This document shows positions 1-10,308 of a DNA stretch of 64,000 nt, one piece after another. The position numbers were made by a program, and so were the translations under genes. The stretch spans positions 962,306-1,026,305 of the forward strand of contig CBDBCR010000001.1 of the NCBI GenBank assembly GCA_965203465.1, given 5' to 3'. The stretch is from Nitrosopumilaceae archaeon (GTDB lineage: Archaea > Thermoproteota > Nitrososphaeria > Nitrososphaerales > Nitrosopumilaceae). The first letter of the stretch is position 1, and each line of letters begins with the position of its first letter. The notes beneath the pieces are model-generated. The model made no database searches. It worked only from the letters and a program-made list of their open reading frames with translations, and was not told the origin of the DNA.

Positions 1-471
1 GATCTTTAGCGCAGAGGCCGCGTCCCATATGCGGTCCGAGACGTAGTGTATGTTTTTGACGACCTCGCCCCTGCCGCTGGCCTCGGCGTCGGCAGAGGAC
101 AAGCTCGCGGTGCCGACCGCCAGGTGCTTGCCGTGGCGCTCCTCGCGCACGCACACCACCCCGCCCGCGTCGAACTCGCCCATCCGGGTGATGCCGGGCC
201 GCATGACGTTGGCACCCTTGCAGACGAACTTGACGGCGCCCATGTCGACGGTCACGGAAGGGAACCTTGAGAGCAGATCCGCCTGCGTGAGGAGCGGCAC
301 GTACCGCCCCCCCGCCTGGGCTAGGGCCAGGCCGCCGCCGGCCATTATGCGCGCGCCCTCCAGCTCGTGGACCATCAGGTTCTTGACACGCGGCACCTCG
401 AACCCCCACGCCTCGCTCACCTCGCGCAGTATCTGGCCGGTCTGGCTCTTGGAGGCGGGGCTGGACTTCAC
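1..471 (-). CDS. PUA-domain RNA-binding protein (3' end runs off the window)
   Basis: Manual translation from GTG 471: ...VTVDMGAVKFVCKGANVMRPGI...VVKNIHYVSDRIW, a typical archaeal PUA protein. GTGA overlap with the hom stop codon. Confidence 0.85.
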   Translation of the reverse strand, partial: MKSSPASKSQTGQILREVSEAWGFEVPRVKNLMVHELEGARIMAGGGLALAQAGGRYVPLLTQADLLSRFPSVTVDMGAVKFVCKGANVMRPGITRMGEFDAGGVVCVREERHGKHLAVGTASLSSADAEASGRGEVVKNIHYVSDRIWDAASALKI

Positions 472-1472
472 GCCGGCACCGTCCTGCCGCGTATGTCCAG
501 CAGGTCGCGCAGCACCGCGCTGGCCGTCTCGGTGCCGCCCGCGCCCCTGCCTATCACGGTCTGCGTGCCAGAGTGCTCGGACGTGAACGAGATGGCGTTG
601 AGCGTGCCGTCGACGCAGAGCGGATCGTCGTTGGGCACCTCCCGGGGGCCCACCGAAAGATCCCCGTCGCAGGACGCGACCAGCTTTACCGAGCGCCCTT
701 TTCCGGCCGCGGCCCTGATCCGGGCCGGGGTCATGCCGCGTATGCCATCCCTCTTTATGTCGCCGAGCACCACCTTCCTGCCCATTATCCAGTTGGCCAG
801 TATCACCAGCTTTGCCGCCGCGTCGATGCCGTCGAGGTCGAGGGATTCGTCGGCCTCCACGTAGCCCAGCTTTCTTGCCTCTGCCAGGGCCGACTTGAAC
901 GTCATGCCTGACCCCATCCGCGTCAGTATGTAGTTGGTCGTGCCGTTGAGTATGCCCGAGAACGAGGTTATGTGCTCGCCGCGCAGGCTGTTCTTGGCGT
1001 AGTCCAGTATGGGGGTGCCGCCGCCGACGGTCCCGCTGAAGCGCAGCATCACGCGGTTGTAGCCGGCAAGCTCCGTGAGCGAGGGGAACGCCAGGGCCAG
1101 CGGCCCCTTGTTGGCCGTGACCACGTGCATGCCGCGCCTCATGGCCGCCATGATGTGCGACATGCCCGGCTCGGCGTCCCGGTAGTTGCTAGGCGTCGTC
1201 TCCACCAGGACGTCCGCGTCCAGGCTCTCTGCAAGCTCCAGGGCCGGGCGCCCGTCGGCGCCGGGGTACGCGGACACGCCCCCGCGCCTCTTTGCCTCCG
1301 CCAGGCGGGCCGGATCCAAGCCGCCGGGGTCGGAGGCCGAGCCGGTGCTGTCGGCCGCGCCGACTATCCTGACCTTTAGGCCGTAGCGCGAGTACAGCTC
1401 GTCGCCGCGCGATTCGAGCAGCCCGGCCAGGCCCCTGCCGACGGCCCCAAAGCCGCACAGTATGGCCCTCAT
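468..1472 (-). CDS. hom: Homoserine dehydrogenase
   Basis: [12 protein letters not shown] Rossmann motif, [27 protein letters not shown]. True start is ATG 1472, overlapping the msrB stop. Confidence 0.93.
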   Translation of the reverse strand: MRAILCGFGAVGRGLAGLLESRGDELYSRYGLKVRIVGAADSTGSASDPGGLDPARLAEAKRRGGVSAYPGADGRPALELAESLDADVLVETTPSNYRDAEPGMSHIMAAMRRGMHVVTANKGPLALAFPSLTELAGYNRVMLRFSGTVGGGTPILDYAKNSLRGEHITSFSGILNGTTNYILTRMGSGMTFKSALAEARKLGYVEADESLDLDGIDAAAKLVILANWIMGRKVVLGDIKRDGIRGMTPARIRAAAGKGRSVKLVASCDGDLSVGPREVPNDDPLCVDGTLNAISFTSEHSGTQTVIGRGAGGTETASAVLRDLLDIRGRTVPA

Positions 1473-1837
1473 GCCTTCTCCAGGGCCAGCGAGGCCGAAT
1501 TTATGCAGTAGCGCAGGCCCGTGGGCCGGGGCCCGTCGCCGAAGACGTGGCCCAGGTGCGCCCCGCACGAGCAGAGCGCCTCGGTCCTGGCCATGCCCAT
1601 GCTGAGGTCCTCCCTTGTTTTTACGGCGCCGCCGGCCCGCCAAAAGCTGGGCCACCCGGTGCCGGAATCGAACTTTGAGGACGAATCGAACAGCGCCGCG
1701 CCGCAGCAGGCGCACCTGTACGTGCCCTTTTCCTTGCAGCCCAAGTACGCGCCGGTGAACGGGGGCTCGGTGGCCCCGTTGACGCACACGTCGTACTGCT
1801 CCGGCGAGAGCCTCGAGCGCAACTTTTCGTCGTCCAC
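1469..1837 (-). CDS. msrB: Peptide-methionine (R)-S-oxide reductase MsrB
   Basis: [34 protein letters not shown] motifs. Confidence 0.95.
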   Translation of the reverse strand: MDDEKLRSRLSPEQYDVCVNGATEPPFTGAYLGCKEKGTYRCACCGAALFDSSSKFDSGTGWPSFWRAGGAVKTREDLSMGMARTEALCSCGAHLGHVFGDGPRPTGLRYCINSASLALEKA

Positions 1838-1864
1838 TGCCCCGGCCCGCGCGGCTCGCTATAT

Positions 1865-3463
1865 TTACCTGCGCCGCTTTTTGTACTCTGCTCCTTTTTC
1901 GGATTCCAGCCTGCCGAGCTGGGCGCCGGCGCCGGCGAACCTGACTATCCTGGCCAGGGACGGGTTGACCCTGCGTATGTGGCCGTGCATCAGGGCCGCC
2001 GCGCGCCGGTAGTCCTCGTGGCCCTGCTGCGTGGTGCGTAGCTCTATGAGGTGGACCGCCTCGCGCAGGTTCATGCGGATCATGTACCGGTAGTTGAACG
2101 CGAAATTGACCACGTACTGCGCCTGCTCGGGCATGCGCTTCTCGAGCCTCTTGTGGACGGACCTGGTGTCCCTCATGCACTCGCGGAACCTCTTTTCGAC
2201 GCCGGCCTCCCTTATGCCCGGCGGCACGTAGTAGCCCAGATCTGTGCCGAGCAGCTGCCTGTGCAGGGTGAGCAGGCGGTGGCGGTGCAGGTCGCGGAAC
2301 GCGCCAAAGTTGGTCACCAAGTCGAACGCGTACCCGGCCGCCTCGAAGGCGCGCGGGGGCCGGTGGCGCCTGCTGCCGCGCAGGGCCGCCACGCCCGATA
2401 TGAGGGCGGACTTTTGGCCCTGCGTCATGGCGCCGGCGCGCTTTTTGTTCTCGCGGTACGGCGCGCCCGAGTGCTCGTAGAGCAGGGCGGCCACGACCGA
2501 ATCGAGCGCCTCTTTTTCGGGCCGCCAGTCGGCCAGCCGAACCGATTCGCCTGCCCTGCCCGGCCCCGCGCCGCCGGCCCTCCTGTTGCACAGCTCGGAG
2601 GCGGCCGACATGTACTTTCTTACCGAGTCGCCGTGCGGGCCGTCCGACCTTTTTATGAACGGGCCGATGATGCCGTCCATCTCCTCGCGCAGTTGCCCGC
2701 CTACCCGCCGCTCCTCCTCCAGGCGGGATCCGAGCAGCACCGTGATGAGGTACTCGAAGGCGCGCCCGTTGCCGGTGATTCCGAGGTTGGTCAGCGCCGA
2801 GGCGGGCAGCAGGCCGCGCAGCAGGTCCAGCGCCCTGGCCGTCGAGGCTCTCTTGTAGGCGGATTCGGCCGCGCGCGCGTCGGCCTCGGAGAGCCTGCCG
2901 AACTTTTTGTCCCTGCCGGTCTCGGAGCTGCGAAACGACATCCGCTCTATGGGGCTGGAGCGCGTCACGTATTCGAGCACGGGTTGGAACAGCTCAGAGT
3001 ACGTATCAAAGTCGGCGTTGCACGCGTCCTCGTACTCGGAGGCCAGGGCCGAGCCCTCGACGAGCGGATCCCTGTGGAACCTATACTTGCCTCCCTCCTT
3101 TTGATCCCAGCGCACGTAGCGCGTGGACTTTTCTAGGAACGACAGCCCTATGCGCCTGTCCTGCATCTTCTTGACCGCGATGTTGGATATCCCTTCCACG
3201 GCCACCTGAGCCTCGCCAAGCTCGGCCACCGAGTCGTCGCCGTACTCGCCGAGCACGCGCCCGTAGAACTTTGCCCCGCGCGAGGCGTCGCCGGCAAACT
3301 CGTCCAGGAAGACGCGGCGCATGCTCTTCGACGTCCGGCTGTACCGCGACATGAGGGCCCCGCGATCGGCCTGGCTTGGAGTCGTTATGACGAAGACGGG
3401 ACTGTCGTGGTTGCTGAAATGCCCCGCTAGGGCGCGCCGCTCGTTGCGGGTGAACTTTTCCAT
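1865..3463 (-). CDS. thyX: FAD-dependent thymidylate synthase (long, two-domain ThyX type)
   Basis: ALMSRYSR, EKSTRY, FRDLHRHR, MNLREAVHLIELRT motifs. Confidence 0.88.
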   Translation of the reverse strand: MEKFTRNERRALAGHFSNHDSPVFVITTPSQADRGALMSRYSRTSKSMRRVFLDEFAGDASRGAKFYGRVLGEYGDDSVAELGEAQVAVEGISNIAVKKMQDRRIGLSFLEKSTRYVRWDQKEGGKYRFHRDPLVEGSALASEYEDACNADFDTYSELFQPVLEYVTRSSPIERMSFRSSETGRDKKFGRLSEADARAAESAYKRASTARALDLLRGLLPASALTNLGITGNGRAFEYLITVLLGSRLEEERRVGGQLREEMDGIIGPFIKRSDGPHGDSVRKYMSAASELCNRRAGGAGPGRAGESVRLADWRPEKEALDSVVAALLYEHSGAPYRENKKRAGAMTQGQKSALISGVAALRGSRRHRPPRAFEAAGYAFDLVTNFGAFRDLHRHRLLTLHRQLLGTDLGYYVPPGIREAGVEKRFRECMRDTRSVHKRLEKRMPEQAQYVVNFAFNYRYMIRMNLREAVHLIELRTTQQGHEDYRRAAALMHGHIRRVNPSLARIVRFAGAGAQLGRLESEKGAEYKKRRR

Positions 3464-3464
3464 G

Positions 3465-3794
3465 TCACTTCTTTATCTGGATCAGATCGGAGCTGCTGCG
3501 CGAGACGCCGGCCGACTGCCACTTTAGCAACACCTCCTTGAACGCCTCGGCCTGGGCCTTGTCTTCGGTGTACATGAGGGCAGTGATCCAGTAGCCCTCG
3601 CCGGCCCTGCCGCCAACCGAGTTCATCCAGAATTTGTCGGGCAGGGTGCTCATGGCCTTGTTGGACGGATCGCCGCACATAGACGACCAGCGCTCCGAGA
3701 CGAAGCGGAGGACGGACTCCATCTGGCTGCGGCCGATCACGGTTCGGCCCCGGAGCACCGTGATTTTAACCTCGCGGCCGGAACATGCCGGCAA
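3465..3794 (-). CDS. Hypothetical protein (start uncertain)
   Basis: 109-aa ORF with protein-like composition abutting thyX. No recognisable motif. Confidence 0.5.
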   Translation of the reverse strand: MPACSGREVKITVLRGRTVIGRSQMESVLRFVSERWSSMCGDPSNKAMSTLPDKFWMNSVGGRAGEGYWITALMYTEDKAQAEAFKEVLLKWQSAGVSRSSSDLIQIKK

Positions 3795-3929
3795 GGCTTC
3801 TTGAAGACAGGTCGGACGCTTGTGTTTATGTACGGTACGCCCATGTCACGAATATGCGAACTGGCCGATCACGGCCGTGCCTAGACGGTGGCGGTACCCA
3901 AACACAGACCATTGAGCGCTTGGCAAATG

Positions 3930-3935
3930 TTATAA
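3930..3935 (+). promoter_or_regulatory. Putative TATA box (TTATAA) for the mod-res operon
   Basis: AT-rich hexamer about 30 nt upstream of ATG 3961. GAGGGG at 3981-3986 precedes ATG 3993. Confidence 0.5.
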
Positions 3936-3992
3936 TTGAGGTGTGTGGACGCGTGCGCACATGGCTACGCCCGTTTGCGTGAGGGGTTTGCA

Positions 3993-6528
3993 ATGAGCCA
4001 CAAGACTCCTCGCACGGGGGGGGGGGGGGCGGAAACCTCGTAAACCTCGTCGGCACAAACCTGCCAAACAAAGTTCTGTAACGGTCGAGCAATACACGCA
4101 CGGCGATCAGAGACCCAATAACCCACCTGTGGGTTTGGTAACGCCTGGCACTGATCCTGACGGCCCGCCAGCCAAATACGAACACGATCCGCGGATCAGC
4201 CCCCATCTGTCGTGGGCGGGCAAACGTGAAACGCCGGGGTTTGAGGTAGATACCGTCTCGTTGCATACACACGAGAGGGTTGATCCGTCTACTATAATAG
4301 AAAAGGCATTTAGATCAGAACCTACATCTGCACAGCGTACGTTGTTTTTTGACCAGCCTGAAAACAACCCGCCGTTGAGAGATGCAGTCGACTTTTACCA
4401 ACACGATCAAAATTGGACGAACAGGCTGATCGCCGGAGATTCGCTTCTTGTGATGAATTCGTTGTTAGAAAAGGAGGGTATGGAGGGTAAGGTTCAAACA
4501 ATATACATAGATCCGCCATATGGAATAAAATATCATTCAAACTTTCAACCGTTTGTTAGCAAAAAGAGCGCCAGGGATGGCAACGACAAAGACATGACAC
4601 AGGAACCAGAAATGATCAAGGCTTTTAGGGATACTTGGAAACTCGGGATTCATTCGTACCTTTCCTATTTGAGAGATCGGTTATTGTTGGCAAAAAAACT
4701 CCTAGCTGACAGTGGGAGTATATTTGTTCAGATATCGATTGAGAACCTACACCACGTTCGAGAGGTTATGGACGAAGTGTTTGGCAACGCCAACTTCTGC
4801 TCTATGATTGTGTTTGCCACTACTACCGGCAAGGGTTCAAAACTACTTGATACTGTAAACGATTTTATTTTGTGGTACGCGAAGGACAAAAAACAAGTCA
4901 AATATAGGCAATTGTACGCCAAAAAAACACTCTCTGACACACAATCCTATGATTTTGTTGAGGATGAAGATGGTGGACGACATGATCTGTCAGATGCCGA
5001 AAAACAGGACATCGCAACCTACAAAAACCTCAAAGTATTTTGCATCGGTGACACAACATCTGCGTCGTCTAGCCCAAGCACTGTTTTTGAATTTGAATTC
5101 GATGGTGAAAAATTCAACCCTAAACCCCCGAGTGGTTGGAAAACAAACCTACAAGGCATGCAAAATCTAGAGCGCAAGAATAGATTGAGAAAAAAGGGCA
5201 GCAAGCTAGGATATGTTAGATTTTGGAGTGATTTTCCTTTTAAGCGTTTAGATCACATGTGGTCTGACACAAGCCTAGGGTTTGCGAAAAAACTATATGT
5301 TGTTCGTACCAGTACCAAAGTAATCAAGCGGTGCATTTTGATGACAACTGATCCTGGCGATCTCGTATTGGATCCCACATGCGGTTCAGGCACAACGGCG
5401 TTCGTGGCAGAAGACTGGGGTAGAAGATGGATCACTTGCGACACGTCTCGGATAGCAATAGCAATTACTCGAAAACGATTGATGACTGCGTTTTACAAAT
5501 ACTACAAGCTAGCATACCCCAACACTGGAGTCTCTGCAGGCTTCATATACAAGCAAGCCAAACACGTCACTCTAGAGTCGGTAGCGCAAGACAAAGAGCC
5601 AGAAATTGAAACTTTGTATGATTGCCCAGATCTAGACAACACGCGACATCGTGTATCTGGTCCGTTTACCGTCGAGGCTGTCCCTTCTCCGACCGCAGTA
5701 TCGATCGATGCTTTGAATCAACAGGTGGATGGAGAACAACAGGGGGACGGCAGTGCTAACGCTACGCGCCAACAAGAGTGGCGTGACAGTCTACTAAGGA
5801 CTGGCATTAGAGGCAAGGGTGGCGATCGAACTCATTTTTTACGCGTCGAGCCACACCCTGTCACAAAACACCTTCACGCTAAGGCTGATACTGGATCCGG
5901 GGATTTGGCGGTAGTCTCTTTCGGCCCAGAGCATGCGCCATTGGAACAGAGACAGGTGGCGCGCGCACTTGAAGAGGCGGAAAGCTTAGTACCCAAGCCA
6001 AAGATCGTAGTGTTTGCAGCAATGCAGTTTGATCCGGAGGCGGCCAAGGACATAGACGAGACTCGATGGCCGGGCGTGCGAATAATGCGAGCTGAAATGA
6101 ACAAGGATCTGCTTACCGCGGATCTCAAAAAAGGCAAGATTAGCGACGACCTATTTTGGCAGGTTGGACGTCCAGATGTAGATCTAGAAACAAGGAACGG
6201 AATGAATGTGGTGACGGTGCGCGGGTTTGATTTCTTTAACGCTGACGGCAAAATTGTCTCGGGAGATGCATCCAACATAGCAATGTGGATGCTCGACGAG
6301 GATTATGACGGACGTAGTATCTATCCGGGGCAGGTGTTCTTTCCTATGCAAGATGGGGGATGGGAAAAGCTGGCCAAGACGCTTAGGACAAAAATTGATC
6401 TAGATCTGATCAAAAAATACGCAGGAACTGAATCCATACCATTCAAGACTCGGGACAACAAGCGAGCAGCCGTCAAGATAATCGATGACAGGGGCATTGA
6501 ATCCGTCAGGATATTAGATCTGGAATGA
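3993..6528 (+). CDS. mod: Type III R-M adenine DNA methyltransferase Mod (frameshifted at the poly-G tract as assembled; uninterrupted ORF is 4129-6528)
   Basis: YIDPPY (motif IV) precedes VLDPTCGSGTT (motif I), the beta-class order. The frame stays open upstream of GTG 4129 (YTHGDQRPNNPPVGLV) back to the G tract. ATGA overlap with res. Confidence 0.9.
4016..4029 (+). repeat. G14 homopolymer in the 5' coding region of the type III mod gene
   Basis: Directly counted 14 G. ATG 3993 reaches TAA 4041-4043 with G14 but is in frame with mod at G13 or G16. Confidence 0.9.
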
Positions 6529-9371
6529 AAGGCATCGGCAATCTTGTTATTTGTGGTCCGTATGATGAGCCTGACAGACACTGGAAGTACGATCGCGTTA
6601 GGCGGGAGTTTGAACTTGTTAAGGAAAGACGTGCGGCTGGGTTTCTCATCGCGTCAAAGAACAGCCAGTCATTTGATGACCCTGGCAGGTTTGTTCCTAT
6701 AGATGCGGTCAACCGCATACGGGATAGAGTGCGGATGTGGAGAAAATCTGGATACCCACACGTTACCGGTATTACCAAGAGTCTGTTGGAGTTTTGGCAC
6801 AACAGTGACATCCGCGAAAACAATCTTTTTTTCTGTCAGCTTGAGGCAATCGAGACGCTGATCTGGATGGTGGAGGTGCCTGAAGCACAACGTCAAGGAC
6901 TTGGACTGGTTCAGGACGGCGGGGAGTTTGAGCGCTTGTGCTGCAAGATGGCGACCGGAACTGGAAAGACTGTCGTTATGGGAATGCTCGTGGCATGGCA
7001 GGTGATCAACAAGGCCACATACCCACAAGATGCTCGGTTCTCGAGGCACATACTTGTCATGGCGCCTGGACTGACTGTCAAATCTAGGCTTCAAGTGTTG
7101 TTACCGGATTCTCCAGACAGCATATACGCGGAGTTTGGCCTCGTGCCGGAATCGTTGTATCAAAAACTCAGAAAAGGCCACGTTGTGGTGCACAACTGGC
7201 ACAAGCTCGTTCCGGAACAGGATACCCCAAAGAGCGTAGTAAAACTAGGAAATGAAAGTCACACCGCGTTTTCTAGAAGAATACTGGAGCATGATTATGA
7301 TCGGATCGTAGTAATAAACGACGAAGCTCACCACGCTTACAGGGCTGGACAGGCCAAGAATGTGTTAAAATCTGAACTCGATCAAGATCGGAAATGGATG
7401 GAAGGCCTTGACCTAATACACAAGGCACGGACTGTAGTGAGATGTTTTGACTTCTCTGCTACTCCGTTTGTTCCATCTGGCAACGCCGCCATCGAATCAG
7501 CGCTATTTGGATGGATAGTTTCGGACTTTTCTCTCAACGATGCTATCGAGTCGGGCCTTACAAAGACACCGAAAATAGTTGTAAAGGACGACGCTAGGCA
7601 GTTTGACGAAGAATATAGATCTCGGTTCTATCACATTTACATGGATCGCGAAGTAAACGCAGACATTAACCGTAAGGCAAAGCCTGAAGAACCGTTGCCA
7701 GACCTTATTCACAATGCGTACATGCTGCTGGGAAAAGACTGGGATCAGCGGCGACGCGTGTGGGAGGAGAACGGTTCGGTAGTGCCGCCGGTCATGATCA
7801 CGGTCTGCAACAGGACGGAGACTGCGGCCAGGATAATGCACTCGTTCCAAAATGGCAAGTTTGAGGTAGGAGGCATGTCGGATCCGGTGCACACAGTGCA
7901 CATCGATACAAACACACTCAAAAAAGCCGAAGGATCTGTAGGCGACAAGGCATCTGAGCGCCTGCGGCGCAAGGTCAACACGGTCGGCAAGCGCGGGGAG
8001 CCGGGAGAGCAGGTTCGCAACGTCGTTGCAGTACAGATGCTCACAGAGGGCTGGGACGCAAAAAACGTCACGCACATAATGGGTCTGCGGGCCTTTGCCA
8101 GCCAGCTCCTCTGCGAGCAGGTGGTCGGGAGGGGGCTACGTAGAACATCGTACGTGGTAGATCCGGCCACGGGCCTGCTGCCTACCGAGCATGTGAACGT
8201 CTTTGGCGTGCCGTTCACGTTCCTTCCGCACGAGGATGGGGGAGACGACGGGCCTCCCCCGCCGCCCACCACCTTGATAGAGCCGGATCCGGCCAAGGCC
8301 GAGCACGAGATCTCGTGGCCCAACGTGGAGAGGATAGATGTGGTCTTTTCACACGTGCTACGGGTGGACTGGAGCCGTGCGCGGCGCTTGGAGCTGAGTA
8401 GCGACAAGACGGCCACCATCGCGAGCTTGGCGCCTGTCATTGCCGGCAAACCTGCTGTCAGCGGCATGTCGGATCTAGATCTCCGTAACCTCTGCACGGA
8501 TCTGAGAATGCAGCGCGTTATGTTCATGACTGCTCGGAACATCTATGATTCCATTGGCGGAGGCTGGACGGGGGGGTCGACATCACTTCTGGCACAGCTA
8601 GTCGTACTGGTAGAAGAGTACATGGCACGAGGGCTGGCATCCGTGCCCGACGCCAAAGGAGATCTTTTGCGGACGCGCATGACGCTGATATTCAACATGA
8701 AGAAGATATCTGCCGAGCTTGAAAGGATCATAAAGACTGACAGCACCGAGAAAAGAGAGATCGTCCTGGGTCAAGTCAAGCATAAATCGACTGCACACAT
8801 GCAGAGGTGGTACACACCAAAGCACGCGATGCACGCATTAAAATGTCACGCCAATCTTGCGGTATACGACTCGTCGTGGGAGGCTGGCGCCGGCGAAGAG
8901 ATGGAGCGCAGCGATTTGGTGATCTCGTGGGCCCGCAACTTCAAGATAGGGTTTGTCATAAAGTACCTGTACCGGGGAGTCACGCACGACTACTATCCGG
9001 ACTTTCTGGTGCGCCTTGCCAACGGCGTGACGCTGATCCTGGAGATCAAGGGACGGGACGACGAGCAGAACCGCCGAAAGAGAGAATCCCTCCAAGAATG
9101 GGTGGACGCAGTCAACGAGACCGGCGCGTACGGCGCGTGGGCTTGCGACGTGGCGTTCAGCCCAGGCGATGTCGGCGCGATCCTCAAAAAACACGCAACC
9201 TCCGACATATCATCAAAAGAACGAGCAAAGTGCCCTCGGTGCCTCAGGACTGCCCTCACCAGGCAGGAGGTCGAAAGCGCGTTTGGGTTCCGCAACGCGG
9301 GCGGGATCGTCAGGCCGCAGTCGTGGTGCCGGGACTGCCGGGCCGGACAGCCTACAGGCAGCGCGGGCTGA
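6525..9371 (+). CDS. res: Type III restriction endonuclease Res subunit (SF2 helicase plus PD-(D/E)xK nuclease) with C-terminal Zn-ribbon
   Basis: MATGTGKT Walker A, DEAHH, SATP, QVVGRGLRR, YYPDF...LEIKG, then C-terminal CPRC...CRDC. Confidence 0.92.
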   Translation: MKGIGNLVICGPYDEPDRHWKYDRVRREFELVKERRAAGFLIASKNSQSFDDPGRFVPIDAVNRIRDRVRMWRKSGYPHVTGITKSLLEFWHNSDIRENNLFFCQLEAIETLIWMVEVPEAQRQGLGLVQDGGEFERLCCKMATGTGKTVVMGMLVAWQVINKATYPQDARFSRHILVMAPGLTVKSRLQVLLPDSPDSIYAEFGLVPESLYQKLRKGHVVVHNWHKLVPEQDTPKSVVKLGNESHTAFSRRILEHDYDRIVVINDEAHHAYRAGQAKNVLKSELDQDRKWMEGLDLIHKARTVVRCFDFSATPFVPSGNAAIESALFGWIVSDFSLNDAIESGLTKTPKIVVKDDARQFDEEYRSRFYHIYMDREVNADINRKAKPEEPLPDLIHNAYMLLGKDWDQRRRVWEENGSVVPPVMITVCNRTETAARIMHSFQNGKFEVGGMSDPVHTVHIDTNTLKKAEGSVGDKASERLRRKVNTVGKRGEPGEQVRNVVAVQMLTEGWDAKNVTHIMGLRAFASQLLCEQVVGRGLRRTSYVVDPATGLLPTEHVNVFGVPFTFLPHEDGGDDGPPPPPTTLIEPDPAKAEHEISWPNVERIDVVFSHVLRVDWSRARRLELSSDKTATIASLAPVIAGKPAVSGMSDLDLRNLCTDLRMQRVMFMTARNIYDSIGGGWTGGSTSLLAQLVVLVEEYMARGLASVPDAKGDLLRTRMTLIFNMKKISAELERIIKTDSTEKREIVLGQVKHKSTAHMQRWYTPKHAMHALKCHANLAVYDSSWEAGAGEEMERSDLVISWARNFKIGFVIKYLYRGVTHDYYPDFLVRLANGVTLILEIKGRDDEQNRRKRESLQEWVDAVNETGAYGAWACDVAFSPGDVGAILKKHATSDISSKERAKCPRCLRTALTRQEVESAFGFRNAGGIVRPQSWCRDCRAGQPTGSAG

Positions 9372-9490
9372 CTGGCCGGTTTCGAGTAGCCCGGAACGGC
9401 CGCCTGCGAGGCGCGGGGTCTATTTATTATGACCAAGCATCCAACAATACTGACACGCGGGCGGTTATACCCTTTTGGCGATGCCCGTCC

Positions 9491-10234
9491 ATGAACAACA
9501 CCGAGACCGAGCTCGTAGCAAAGCCGGTCAAGGACATGTACGGGACGCCCATGGGTACCATCCTTGGCACGATCACCGACATCGACGGCAGCATCCAGAC
9601 GGTCGCCATAGACTGCGGGTCTGCCGGCCTGCTCCAGGTGCCCTTCGAGCAGCTGGTGGTGCAGGGCGACGTGGTGGTCTTTGTGCCAAAGTGGCGGCTC
9701 GACTCCCAGAGGCTCATCCGGGAGAAGGGCCTGGTGCTCAGGAGGCTCAAGGCGCTTCTGGGCATAGTGGCAGAAGACGACGAGATGAAGCAGGACGCCG
9801 AGGTCATACACGGCAGGTACCGCGACAGGCTCTCCTCGCTGGAAGAGTCCGAGCGCTCCATCTGCGCCGTGCTCGAATCGCGCCTTGCAGAGCTGGACTC
9901 GCAGATGAGGGCGGCAAAGACCGTCGTCTTCGACGCGAAAGTCCAGTTCCGCAGCGGCGAGATAGGCGAGGCCGCCTTTGAGCGCGTCCGCAAGCAGTCC
10001 GAGTCGCTGGTCGACCACATCGTCCACGAGCGCGCCGAGATAGCCAACGTCCAGAGGCGCATAGCCGACCTGGACATGGAGATCAAGGATGCCACCTCGA
10101 CGCCCCCGGTGCAGGAGTCGGCTGCCGGCTACATCGCCCAAGAGCCGACCGCCCCGCTGCCCGAGGCGCCCACCGGCGAGCCCGAAGCGCCCGCGCAGGA
10201 CTGGCTTTCCAGGATGGAAGCGCAGCAGGCCTGA
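9491..10234 (+). CDS. cdvA: CdvA-like cell division protein
   Basis: PRC-barrel-like N-terminus (KPVKDMYGTPMG) followed by coiled coil. Start ATG 9491, with TTATA about 25 nt upstream. Confidence 0.78.
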   Translation: MNNTETELVAKPVKDMYGTPMGTILGTITDIDGSIQTVAIDCGSAGLLQVPFEQLVVQGDVVVFVPKWRLDSQRLIREKGLVLRRLKALLGIVAEDDEMKQDAEVIHGRYRDRLSSLEESERSICAVLESRLAELDSQMRAAKTVVFDAKVQFRSGEIGEAAFERVRKQSESLVDHIVHERAEIANVQRRIADLDMEIKDATSTPPVQESAAGYIAQEPTAPLPEAPTGEPEAPAQDWLSRMEAQQA

Positions 10235-10308
10235 GGCGCGGTTTCTCCATTTTTTCGCAGCCACCGCGGGGGCGATACCGTTTTTTATGGCGCGCCGCCA
10301 CGCCTCCC

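Noticed and set aside
468-2591. 707-aa ORF and similar long N-terminal extensions (8807, 13433, 39827, 44542, 45447, 61061)
   Set aside because: High-GC stop-poor shadow frames overlapping real genes. True starts were assigned from motifs, stop/start overlaps and TATA spacing.
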